64,000 nucleotides of DNA from Callorhinchus milii (lineage: Eukaryota): positions 248,001 through 312,000 of the forward strand of contig NW_024704786.1 in the NCBI RefSeq assembly GCF_018977255.1. The letters run 5' to 3'. Below the pieces are notes generated by a model. It had not been told where the DNA came from. It was given only the letters and a program-made list of their open reading frames with translations, and did not search any database. The position numbers were made by a program, and so were the translations under genes. Positions 1 to 13,600 of the stretch are shown in pieces; the stretch's first letter is position 1, and every line of letters begins with the position of its first letter.

Positions 1-584
1 AATGAAAAACTCCGGCACCGACAAAGCACAGCCTCACCCACTCGCGCTTGGGCCCTTGATCTGAAGCCGTCTGAAATCCCACCTCCCTCCTCGCTCCCTC
101 GAAGGCACAGTTCTGCAAGACAGTTGTAAGATAAGCTCTTTCTTCCCGCAGGTTAGAGGGTTGTATTAAGGGTCTAATAATGTCACTTACGTCAAGGACA
201 TCATATTTAACTTCACCCAGGCTTCCGAGCAACCGCGGAAACATGAAATTACAGGCAATAAGTCAATCAACGTGAGTGTTTGAGATTCAAGTACGTTTCG
301 TTTTTCTTTTTCAGTGGCTTTCGGCTGAAAAGCCACTGAAAATCGCTCAAAGGAAGGCATTTGTGGGCGTCTCACCCTGTAGCTCCAGGGGTTGGACCCC
401 CTCGCCTCGCAAGCCAGAGGATCCGGGTTCGATTCCAGGGCAAGTTTCCTTACTTCCCCCCACCCACACACACACACACACCCCCCTCCACGCACACAGA
501 CACACACACACACACACACACACGTCTCTGTTTCCCAGCAGTCAGTAGGAACCCGGTTGGATTGTCAGTCGATCGGGGGATAAT

Positions 585-890
585 AATAATAATAATCTTT
601 GCATTTGATATAGCGCTTTTCACGTCGGGAGGACGTCCCAAAGAGCTTCACAGAACACACTGTAAAGTGAATTGACTTGTGGGCGAACGCGGCAGCCAAT
701 TGCGCACAGCAATGTCCCACAAACAGTTGTGGATTGAAAATGACCAATTTATTATTGTTGTTGGTTTTGGAGGGATTATTATTAGGCTCTGTGTGGAGTA
801 AGGAAACTTGCCCAAGGTTTCGCCCTCTGCCTGGAATTGAACCCAGGTCTCTCGCTTGCAAAGTGAGTGCTCTAACCACTGAGCTACAGG
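585..890 (-). mobile_element. tRNA-derived SINE, short subfamily
   Basis: Reverse complement of 14730-15050 with few mismatches. Confidence 0.85.
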
Positions 891-3039
891 ATCACTTTTC
901 CGGGCATAATAATCCCTTCAAGTTAAAAAAAAAAGTGTAATAAATCGGTCACTTCAACCCACGACTGTTTGTGGGGAGGTCGCTGGGCGCGATCGGCTTG
1001 CCGCCTTTCGCCCACAAAACACACAGTCACTACACTTTGAGACGTCTCGCAGACGTGATAATAACGCGCTGGGTCGAATGCCCTGGACAAACACGCATGT
1101 TTCCGGCTTTTTCTCCAGTTGATTTTTTTCCCCCTCCTTCCTCCCCTCGAGGAGTTTAGAATGGAGGACGAGAGCTTCCGGTTTTCCTCCTAAACTGTTG
1201 TCTCCGTCTTTCGTTGTGTTTCCCATTCATTCCCAACGCATTCTCCACCGTTTGTCTCTCCCATTAAACCACAGAAGATGGAGTTCTGCCCCACCTAGTG
1301 GAGTCTGGAGTAATAGTAATAGTAATAGTAATAATCCTGGCCTTTGACCCGGCGCCTCATCACGTCTCAAAGTGCTTCACGGGATATCGTGTAAACTGTA
1401 GTGACTGTGTGTTTCGTGGGCAAAATGCGGCAGCCAATTGCGCCCAGCGACGTCCCCACAAACAGCCGTGAATTAAGTGACCTGATTATTAGTCCTATTT
1501 ATTTTATCAAGCCAGAGGACCCAGGTCAGGGCAAGACCTTAGGCAAGTTTCCTTACTCTTCCCCCCCCACCCCCACCCCCTCACCCACACACAGACACAG
1601 ACACACACAGACACAGACAGACACACACACACGGTTGTTAGTCGACTGGCAGATCCCAGGGGTAATAATCCCTTCGAAAGAAAATAATAATTTGGTCACT
1701 TCGACCCGCGACTGTTTGTGGGGACGTCGTTGGGCGCGATCGGCTGCCGCGTTTCACCCCCCTCAACGTACACAGTCACTACACTTCACAATACATCCTG
1801 TGAAGCGCTCAGAGACCTCTCAACGACGTTTCGAGGCGCAGTATCAAACGCAAAAATTATTATTATTATTATAACCTAAATCATGGTCCGTATCTCTACG
1901 ATTCCCGTTGTGCCCTTAATAGTTTTCATCCATCTATTTTGGAATAAATCCCCACCCCACACACACACACATTCATCTAAAAGGTTAGCGTTTGAATCCA
2001 ATGGGAAGAGACAGACTTTATGAGCCAGCGAGTGGGGGATTAAGTTGGTGGAGAGATTATTAATGACAGGGTTGGGGTATTATGTTAGAGGGAAGTTGGC
2101 AAGGCAAGAGGCCTGCTTTCAGGCCATCTTAAACAGGATTAGAGGATTTGTATGTCAGCAATGATAATGTTCCCCTTCTGCTCTCCTCGGCCAGGACAGA
2201 ATAAACGTTTGCTGAAGGGCAAGGGGTACTGTGAAATGGGAAATGGCTGGAAAGGGTTGTTTTTACCAGACCCCCTAATTCCTACCTACCTTAGGGAGTG
2301 TTTTATTCACCCAGTCGGGTGTCTGACGCACGCGGAAACCCGTGCTTTATCAGTCTCCCAAGCTCAACTGAGAATTCCATGCCTCCTGCCTGATGACAAC
2401 GATACCACTATATTAATAATAATCCTTGCATTTGATTCAGTGCCTTATCATGTCTTCGAGACGTCTCGAAGAGCTGCTTAATTATGGAAATATCAGAGAT
2501 TCCCGGGCAGGTCGGGGCGAAACATAGGGCAAGTTTCCATACCACACACACACACACCTCTGTTCCCCGGCAGTAAATAGGAACCTGGTTGTTAGGGGAT
2601 TGGGGGGAATCACTTTCCAGGGGGTAATAATCCCTCCAAAAAAATAATAATTTGGTCACTTCAATCCACGACTGTCTGTGGGGACGTCGCTGGGCGCGAT
2701 CGGCTGCCGCGTTTCGCCCACAAAACGTACATTTTTTTATGAATCTGGTGGAGCCGAGACCAGCAAGGAGGGCATTGGGAAAATGGAGGCAGGAGGTGAT
2801 GAATACACGGATAAGGGCTTCACTAAATAAAAATAGATCAGTGCTAATGCTTCTGTATTGGCAGTATAGGACAACACTGAGCTCCTCTTAAGGTTAGCGG
2901 TGATGTTAACTCCAATGGACAGAAATCCAATCAGAGGAAACATCTATAATTAACTCCACAAGCCGAAGCCCCAACAGGTAGGGCGGTCAACCTCTCTGCC
3001 CCCACCCTAAGGAACTCCATCCCACAGCCCCTTTCTCGT

Positions 3040-3430
3040 CAGGAGAACGTCCCAAAGCGCTTCACAGGATAATACTGTCGAGTGCGGTGACTGTTTTGCG
3101 ATAAAATCCCACGAAACAGCCACAAAGCGAATGAACGCTTTTATTTTGGGGAATTACTGTCCGAGGCACCAGGGTAGAAAATAAATACTCCCTTCTCTTT
3201 TCCAATGGGCCCCTGGATCTTTAGCGGCCCCGAGCAGGGGAGTGAGTGAGGTTTAACGTCTCATCCGGAGGACGGCGTCTCCGACAATACACCACCACCC
3301 CCCACCACTGCATTGGAGCATCAGCTCAGACTGTGTGATTCTAAGTCCTGTCGTGGTGGGGCTTAACCCCACAAACTTCTGACTCAAGAGGCGAGCGAGC
3401 GAGAGCGAGCGCTAACACTGAGCCAGACTG
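3040..3430 (-). mobile_element. Older DeuSINE (SacSINE1/AmnSINE1-like) with Deu domain
   Basis: Minus strand TGGCTCAGTGTTAGC head and GTCGGAGACGCCGTCCTCCGGATGAGACGTTAAACC Deu-like core; further fragments at 12660-12750 and 19290-19480. Family name is from recalled consensus. Confidence 0.6.
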
Positions 3431-4563
3431 ACCCACCTGTTATCTCCCACTCTGGAGGCTTTTGTGTTAAAAGTTGGGATTGTGACTGTGGTTGAAACTG
3501 ACTCAGTTGGATTCAGCTTTGCATTTGCCGCCCTCTCCTGGAGCTGAATCAATGTACCTTTCTAATTCCTCACTCAATAATAATAATAATAATAATAATA
3601 ATAATCCCGGTCTTCTCGCTTGCGAGGCGAGGGCTCTAACCCCTGAGTTGCGCCTGGTAGTTCACGGACATAGATATAAAGACACAGGAGTCGAGGGTTT
3701 ATTTTTTTTTGGGGGGGTTCCTCATATCTATTTAATATTAATATCCATGGGAATATTTTTCTTTCGTCGTTGCCCAAATTACAAAGTTCGCAATCGAAAC
3801 CACCCGCGACCCCCTCTCCCTCCCCGCGACGTGTAATCGAAATAAGACATTTTTTAAAAAAAAAACACAACACGCGTAGAAAATAAACACCAGAGCTTAG
3901 TCTGGGAGTGGAGTGGAGTGGAGTCTCATCGAATCCAAAAACTAAAGTGGGGCAAAAACCTGCCCCCGAATTCTTAGTGAACTGTCCAAACAGCCTATGG
4001 GTCAGACTGACCCACACACACAGCCGAACGACACCGACTCCGAATCTGGTTTTGCTACAAAACCGAGTATTGTATAAGTATAAATACTTCCCCCCCCCTC
4101 CCCTTCCCCCCTTCCCCCCCCTTTTATTGTTTTATTTAAAAATGTCGGAGGCGCGCTCATATTTTTTTAAAAAAAGCAAAACAAATCTTTTTTTTAAAAA
4201 AAAGTTTTTTTTTATATACATATATTTTTCTTTTGTAAACCCGAGTTGTTTAATTTATTAACCCCTCCCAATGGGGGGGGGGGGGGTGGTGAGGGGGGGC
4301 AGCAACAAAAAAATCGCGTTCTTTTCCGCTATATACACACACACACACACGGAGAACGATCTAAAAAACCTCTCCCTGGTCGACCCCGATTATTATGTAC
4401 GATTCGTGTTACCATTTGCTAACGGGTAAGAAATAGGGCAAACGATAAGCCTTTTTTTTGTGTGGTGAGGGGGGGGGGGCTAAAATAATAATAATAATAA
4501 TATAATAATAATAGAGAATATCAGGAGAGATGTTGTTGTTCCCCGCTGGCCGGCTGTTTCGCT

Positions 4564-5611
<1,048 letters not shown>

Positions 5612-6185
5612 TCACGACCGCCCGACTGCTGCTGTGGGGTGGGGGGAGGGAGTGGTGGGGTGGGGGTGGGGTGGGGGGGGGGAGGGGTGGGGTGGGGGGG
5701 GGAGGGGTGGGGTGGGGGAGGGGGGGGGGGTGGATGGTGGGGGATCACAAGAGCGGGTTTGCATGTGTTAAAAACGACAACAACAACAACGCCACTCACA
5801 CAGGGGGCAGCTTCCCAGAGCGCTTCAAAGAAGACCGTGTGTGTACCTGTGTTGAGTGTCTGTGTGTGTGTCTGTCTGTGTCTGTGGGTGTGTGTCTGTG
5901 TATCTGTCTGTGTCTGTGTGTGTGTGTCTGTCTGTGTGTGTGGGGGGGGGGGGAGGGGCGGCCTTCGCCAATGAGGAAACACGAAAAGGGGAAGAGAGAG
6001 AGTGAATTATTAATGGTTTTTTTGTGNNNNNNNNNNNNNNNNNNNNNNNNNNNNNNNNNNNNNNNNNNNNNNNNNNNNNNNNNNNNNNNNNNNNNNNNNN
6101 NNNNNNNNNNNNNNNNNNNNNNNNNNNNNNNNNNNNNNNNNNNNNNNNNNNNNNNNNNNNNNNNNNNNNNNNNNNNNNNNNNNNN

Positions 6186-6960
6186 CCCTCACACACACAC
6201 ACACAGACCCTCACACACACACACACACAGACCCTCACACACACACACCCTCACACACACACACACACAAACCCTCACACACACAGACCCTCACACACAC
6301 ACAGACCCTCACACACACACACACACAGACCCTCACACACACACACAGACCCTCACACACACACACAGACCCTCACACACACACACAGACCCTCACACAC
6401 ACAGACCCTCACACACACACACAGACCCTCACACACACACAGACCCTCACACACACACACACAGACCCTCTCACACACACACAAACCCTCACACACANNN
6501 NNNNNNNNNNNNNNNNNNNNNNNNNNNNNNNNNNNNNNNNNNNNNNNNNNNNNNNNNNNNNNNNNNNNNNNNNNNNNNNNNNNNNNNNNNNNNNNNNNNN
6601 NNNNNNNNNNNNNNNNNNNNNNNNNNNNNNNNNNNNNNNNNNNNNNNNNNNNNNNNNNNNNNNNNNNNNNNNNNNNNNNNNNNNNNNNNNNNNNNNNNNC
6701 CCTCACACACACACAGACCCTCACACACACACACACAGACCCTCTCACACACACACAGACCCTCTCACACACACACACACACAGACCCTCACACACACAC
6801 ACACAGACCCTCACACACACACACACACAGACCCTCACACACACACACACAGACCCTCTCACACACACACAGACCCTCACACACACACACACAGACCCTC
6901 ACACACACACACACAGACCCTCACACACACACACACAGACCCTCTCACACACACACACGC
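6186..6960. repeat. (CA)n-GACCCT minisatellite in H3.3 intron 1 (gapped)
   Basis: Repeated CACACACAGACCCT units; N-gaps at 6027-6185 and 6498-6699. Confidence 0.9.
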
Positions 6961-7217
6961 GCGGCGGCAACAAAGGCCTTTCTCCTTTTTTTAAAAAAAC
7001 GTTCCTCCCCCTCCCCCCCTCCCGGGGTGTTCATACTCCCCGTGAGGAGCCGCCCCCCCGCCCCCCCCGCCCCGAGCCTCCCCCGCCCCGAGCCTCCCCC
7101 CCCGAGCCGCCCCCCCGGGCCCGGGCCTCCCCCCCCGCCCCCCCCCGGGGCCCGAGCCGCCGCCTGAGGTAAACACGTGAGGCGGAAACGCCGCCCATCT
7201 CCGCTGTTCCTTCTCAC

Positions 7218-7400
7218 CTCCTCCTCCGCCGCCGCTGTTCACACTCTCCCCCTCTGTCTCTCCACCTCTCTCTGTCTCTCTCTCTCTCTCCCCCTCTCTC
7301 TCTCTCTCTCTCCCTCTCTCTCTCCCCCTCTCTCCGGGGTTCAGGGGTTGAGGGGTTCGCGGACAAAGGCGACGCCGCAAAGATGGCGGCGGTTCCGACC
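7218..7400 (-). promoter_or_regulatory. H3.3 CpG-island promoter / non-coding exon 1
   Basis: GC/CpG-rich 6960-7420; donor GAG|GTGAG at 7218/7217 (-); YY1 motif AAGATGGCGGC at ~7380; matching acceptor upstream of the ATG at ~5631. TSS not determined. Confidence 0.6.
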
Positions 7401-7420
7401 CACAATCCCCCGCGCGGCTC

Positions 7421-7797
7421 CACTGCTCACACTCACTGTGCTCACACTCACTGCCTGTGCTCACACTCACTGTGCTCACACTCACTGTCTGTGCTCACAC
7501 TCACTGTGCTCACACTCACTGCCTGTGCTCACACTCACTGTCTACACTCACTGCCTGTGCTCACACTCACTGCCTGTGCTCACACTCACCGTCTGCCTGT
7601 GCTCACACTCACTGCCTGTGCTCACACTCACCGTCTGCCTGTGCTCACACTCACCGTCTGCCTGTGCTCACACTCACCGTCTGCCTGTGCTCACACTCAC
7701 TGCCTGTGCTCACACTCACTGCCTGTGCTCACACTCACTGCCTGTGCTCACACTCACTGCCTGTGCTCACACTCACTGCCTGTGCTCACACTCACCA
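7421..7797. repeat. 19/23-bp minisatellite CACTCACTGCCTGTGCTCA
   Basis: About 19 tandem units immediately upstream of the H3.3 promoter. Confidence 0.9.
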
Positions 7798-9211
7798 GCC
7801 GCCGGACTCACTGATTTGTTCCCTGAGGCAGTTTTGGTCTCCGACTCTTCGCGTTTCTTCATTAATGTTAATTTTTTCGGAGTAAATGTCCAAATAAAGT
7901 TTAACTTAACTTTCCCTCTTCGCTGCAACACCGATGTACCACTCCCCAAATCGCTCAGTCTCGAATTAGTTGATCAATTTACCCCCAAAAAAAGTTTCCC
8001 CCCCAAAATAGAGGTCGATTATCCGCCTCATGGTTCCAGTGCGTCCGTCTGTTCCTTTATTTCTGAACTTTTTTTTGCTTAGAAACTGCATTTTTTGGAA
8101 CACTGGAGACGGTTCACAAAACACACAGTCAATTCCCGTTCACCGTGAATCGCTTTCGAGACGTCTCAACAGAACGTGTGTCCCACCCCAGTGATTTCCC
8201 CAAAGCAAAGTCGTTCCCAAACTACTCTCAGAGCTGCAAGATATCTGACCGGGCACAGGCAAGTGACCCAGCCAGCACGGACAGGGACACGGACACTGAC
8301 CCGGACACTGACCTGACCGTCAAGGTGAGAGCGAGGAACCTTTCACACCGTTTCCATTGAGTGGCACTTTTCCGTGTGTCCCGATCGCTGTGTTTGTGTT
8401 GTGAAGTCACAGTCACCACGGCATTGTGAGTATTGTGAGCTCACCGCTTCTTAAGGCGTAGAGGGAGGTACCGAAACTTTGACCCGCAGACCAGGTGAAC
8501 CCTGGCCAAATAATAGCCGGAAATAGGCTGACCTTAAAAGTCTCGATAGGAACCTTCTCATCCAACTGAGCCAAGTTACCACCAAACAAACCTCTGCTGA
8601 AAACACGCGGTCACTCCACTCGACTGTATATTCTGTGTAGCGCTTTGTGAGGTCGCAGCGACGTGATAAGGCATTATATCAGATAGAAGGATGATTATTA
8701 TTACACACCGTCAGTTTGGAACGATTCACAAAATACACAGTCTTTACACTTTGCAGTAAAGCGCTTTGGGATGTCTTCCTGACATGAAGGGCCCTACATC
8801 AAATGCAAGGAATATTACTGAGTTTCCAGTCTCAGTGGTGGTGGTCAGTGATTGCCCGGCCGGGTGTCTTGACCCGCGCGGAAACCCGTCACTGTTGCTT
8901 AAGAGGCTCCAAACCCAACTGAGAATTCCATCCATCCCACCTCACCCCTCACCAGCTAAACCTGCATTGTTATTGCCAAGCGTTCCCGCTGCTTGTCCAG
9001 CTAGGACCACCCTACCCGGCATGTCACCTTGGAGCCAGTTCAGTTAATAATATAACAACAACAACAATCCTTGCATTTGAGCGCTAAGGAGACCCCGTTT
9101 CATGGTGGCTTTGATTCGTCTCTGTCGCAGATAATGCAGAGAAGTAGATCAGAACTGGCGAGTCGTGAGCAAAAGTGCAAACACAAGAACATCACAGAAG
9201 TCAAATAATTT

Positions 9212-9217
9212 TTTATT
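9212..9217 (-). terminator. Polyadenylation signal of SELENOW
   Basis: AATAAA on minus strand followed by a GT/T-rich downstream stretch. Confidence 0.6.
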
Positions 9218-9924
9218 GCAGTTTTGGAACAAGATTTGAGTTGTCAAATGCTATTCACTAAGCCTCAGTGTTACCCACTTTGAAGAGAAATAATTTTACA
9301 GATCAGAACACTGTCTCCTCCCATTTTGGAATATATAGGATCAGGAGGAAGCGATTCAGCCCCTTGAGCCTGTTCCGCTATTCTATAACTCACGGCTGAT
9401 CTGTACCTCAACTCCATTACCCACCTTTGCCCCATATCCCTCGAACCCCTGACCTCACAAACATATATCCACCTCAGTCTTGAAAATTTGAATGGATCCA
9501 GCCATAATCTTTTGGAACACATAGGAACAGGAGGAGGCCATTCAGTCCCTCGAGCCTGTTCTGCCATTCTGTAAGATCAAGGCTGATCTGTACTTCCAAC
9601 TCCAATTTGAAGAAGTGACGGTTGAATTCTGTCTGGTGACGGCTATGTCAACGCTGCGAAGTTTGGATGGGGCACAATTTACTGAAGTGGGTTTTTTCCA
9701 CGTTGTTTTGGGTGGGGGTCCGGGGGTGGGGTGTTCGGGGGAAGCCTTTGACAGTTCCAAACGAAATGAGCGCCCGGCCTGCCACTTAGTGCATTGCACA
9801 GTTACTGTCAGCTTTGATTACAAAGAGCAAGAAGAAAACACCCAACCCTGGTAAGAAAAGGGGGGGGGAAAAAAAGCTAAAATGATCGCAACCCCGAAAT
9901 ACAAGAGTCAAACCCCCCCATTAA

Positions 9925-10030
9925 CTTTGGTCACAGCGACGTCCCATGTTAGCATCTGGGTGTGGTCGTGCCTCATCTGAAGACATTTTGGCCACTTCCA
10001 TCATTCAGCGGTCAGTCGCGATGAACAAAG
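9925..10030 (-). promoter_or_regulatory. SECIS element (type II-like) in SELENOW 3'UTR
   Basis: Minus strand: AUGA(10004-10001)-UGGAAGUGG-cc-AAAA(9989-9986)-UGUC..GGCA mini-stem-CCACACCCA-GAUG(9956-9953). Lower stem GCGAC/GUCGC and CUUUG/CAAAG. Lies in the terminal non-coding exon starting at 10045. Confidence 0.88.
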
Positions 10031-10645
10031 CCAACGGCGGTTTAACTGGAAGAGAAGCACAGGTTTGATCTCACAGGAGAACTGACCTCACGATTGCGAC
10101 AAACATTCACAGACGATCACGACACCAATTCTCACCCCCAACTCTTCCCCCGAGGACTGTTCGCCGTCACGCGCAGATAAATAATAATAATAATCCTCGC
10201 ATTGGATCCAGCGCCGAACTTACCGTAAGGTGGAGTGACTCTGTACATTGTGGGCGAAACACAGCAGTGTCCCACAAAGTCGTGGGTTGAAAGCGAACAA
10301 CTTATTATTTTTTTGAAGGAATTATTACCCTCGGAAAACTGGGTTGCTATTTACTGCTGGGTAAACGTAGGCACGTGCGTGGAGTAAGGAAATTTACCGA
10401 ACATTTCGGCCTGCCGGGAATCAAACCCAGGTGCTCTCGCCCGCTATACAGGATAGTTGGCACCGGGAAATCCTATAGGAATATGAGCCCCCTCTGTCCC
10501 ACTCTGCTCTCTTACCCCCTCACTTATGCAATAGGTTTTCTCTCTTAAAATACATTGGTGCCCTTTGCTTCAGCCGTGGCTCCTGTCGACATTGGAATGA
10601 AATCGGACACTCACCTCCATTACACACCACACGGCTGCTGCCTTC

Positions 10646-13600
10646 TCATTTGCGGAGAGCAGCCTGGATCCAGGCCACTATCTTCTGAAGCTTATCGTTG
10701 TCCACAAAGCCCTCTCCATTCTGGAAGAAATCAAGAAGCATTTCAGAATCAGACTCTTTTCTGCTACTCACAAGCAGTGCCCGTTGTGAGGCCCCTATAT
10801 TTTACTATAATAATAATAATCCTGGCATTCGATACAGCGCCTCATCACATCTTCCGAGGCGTCTCAAAGCGCTTCACAGGACACACTGTAAAGTGACTTG
10901 ACTGCGTACTTTGTGGGTGAAACGCGGCAGCCAATGGCGCACAGCAGCGTCCCCACAAACACTCGGGGATTGAAGCGACAAATTATTTTTATTGGAAGGG
11001 ATTATTGACCCCGGAAAAGCGATCCGCCAGTTGACTTAACAACCAAGTTCCTACTTCCTGCTGGTAAACAGAGGCGTGTGTGCGTTTGTGTGGAGTAAGG
11101 AAACTTGTCCGGGAATCGAACCCACACACACAAATCAAAATTTGTAGATTGTTAACGAACCTCTTTTGAGTGCAACACTTTGCCATCCTTTGTCACAACC
11201 TCAAATTTCCCTGATCGGGTCTGTGTCCCCTCCCCAGTCTGTCAAAGGGAAGAAATTTCAGTTCAACAACAACAACAACTTGCACTTACACAGCAGGGCA
11301 GCACTTAACAGTGGCGGAGCCTGACTCCGAGCAGGGGGTGGGGGGGGGCGCGGTGGGGGGGAGAGGGGAGGTGGCCGTAAGCATGGTGGAAAAGGAAGGT
11401 TTTAAGGCGGGACTTGAAAAAGGGGTACGAGGGGGCAAATTGGAGGGATTGAGGGAGAGCGTTCCAGAGTTTTGGGGCGCGATGGCTGAAAGCGAGACCT
11501 CCAGTGCTGGGGCGGAGGGTGCGAGGGACAAGCAGGAGCCGGGGGCCAGTCGAGCGGAGGCACCGACCGGGTGATGGATTGGGGGGTGAGTTGGTCGGAG
11601 AGGGAGGAAGGGAGGTGCCGGGGAGTGAAGCGTTTCAAGCGACGCACAGCAGAACGTTACAGCGATACACACAATACAACATCACATTTGCACAGCGCCT
11701 TTCACGTCGGGAGGTTGGGCACCCGAGTTGGGGGAGGGAGCCGAGGGTTGTGGAGAGGGAGGAGATAATAATAATAATAATCCTTGCGTTTGACACAGAG
11801 CCTCATCACGTCTTCGAGACATCTCAAAGCCCTTCACCGGATACGCTGTAAAGTGAATTGACCGTATGTTTTGTGGGCGAAACACGACAGCCAATTGCCC
11901 ACAGCAGTGTCCCCCACAAACAGTCGTGGGTTGAGTGACCAAATTATTATTATTATTTTTTTCGAAGGGATTATTACCCACCAACCACTGGGCTACAGGA
12001 GATGAACAAAATCTTGACTTACTATTTCCAATTCCCCAGGAAATTCCACTTCAAGGGATTTCTTGAGTTGGAGAAACTGAAACAAGAAGGGGAAAAGGCT
12101 TTCATATTAAAATAAAGACAGTTTCGGACGTGGTAGAACTCCTTTCCCCTCCTTTTTTTATGTATCCCGTCGATTGATATAACGTCTCTCGCGTCAGGGG
12201 GACGTCCCAAAGCGCTTCACAGGATTCACTGATGTGCAGAGACTGTATTTGCGGCAGCGACATCCCATAAACAGCCATGGAGTGACTGAGCCATTTTATT
12301 GCCGGGGTGGGAGGGAGGTGTGTGGGGGTGATTCTCAGCCACGACAACAGGGCAGAGAGAGAGAAATTCCCTTTTGTGGAGTCCTCTTGTTTACCAGCAG
12401 TCAGTAGGAACCCGGTTGTTAGTCAATTGGCGGATCACTTTTCCGGGGGTAATAATCCCTTCAAATAATAAATAAATTGTTCACTCAGTCCACGATTGTC
12501 TGTGGGGACGTCGCTGTGCACAATTGGCTGCCGTGTTTCTCCCACAAAAGATACAGTCCATTCACTTTACAGCGTATCCTGTGAAGCGCTTTGAGACGTC
12601 TCGAAGACATGATAAGGCGCTGTATCAATGCAAGGATTATTATCACTTTCTTTTCCACGGCACTGTGGGATCTGTAACAGGCACAGACGAGGTCTCAGTT
12701 TAACATCTCGCCCGAAGGCACGGCGTCTCCAACAATGCAGCGATCCCCAAATAAATACACTTTAAATGATTTTCTCATCCCTTCCCTATTAATGTGATGG
12801 ATCACCACTGTCTAATCACTGGACACCCTCCCAAACTGGTCTATCCTTCCAGAGATCAGGGACCCAGAGCTGAATCAGGTTTAACAATAACAATCCTTGC
12901 ATTTGATTCAGTGCCTTATCACGTCTTCGAGACGTCTCAAAGCTCTTCACAGAATGTCCTATAAAGTGAACCGACTGCATATTGTGTGGGCGAAACTGTT
13001 TGTGCCGCACAAACAGCCGTGGATTGAATAATAGCAATCCTTGCATTTGGTACAACGCCTTATCACGACATTGAGACATCTCAAAGGGTTTCGCTTGAGA
13101 GGCTCTAACCACAAAGCAGCAGGACTCCAAATACACTCGATTTTATGGCTCGAGATGCTTACCTTGGACTTGTAACCTCAGGAACCACTGGGGGGGAAAG
13201 GGGAAAACGTGTTAATACAGCACACAGGTACAATCAACAATATCTCTGAAATGCAACCCCCCAGGACACAAATTTTAATCTCTCTTGGGTCTCCGACTTC
13301 AAGTTCGTTTACACGTAGTGACTGCAGAGCTGCTCTACCTACAAACGCTAGTTCCCACAGCACAATTTAGCTCAATGGAGGCACGTGAAACCGCTTTCCT
13401 CAGATATCCAGGATATACTGTAAAGTGCAGTCGCTTGTGTATTTTGTGGGCGAAAATACACGTCGCTGTGCACCAGTTGATGTCCCACAAACAGTGGTGG
13501 ATTGAGCGACCACATTACTTTCTATTGATCCTGAAGGGACTATTACCCACGATAAAATAGGGTCAGGTTTCTATTGGAAACGAGAGAGCAATGGATATTC

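Noticed and set aside
376-445. tRNA gene
   Set aside because: A/B boxes are present but run directly into the SINE body with no acceptor stem; the same applies to all other SINE heads.
2900-2955. CCAAT-CCAAT-TATA arrangement as a promoter
   Set aside because: No downstream exon or ORF; followed directly by L2/SINE fragments.
5671-8082. Long His/Thr- and Cys-rich ORFs
   Set aside because: Translations of (CA)n minisatellites and N-gaps.
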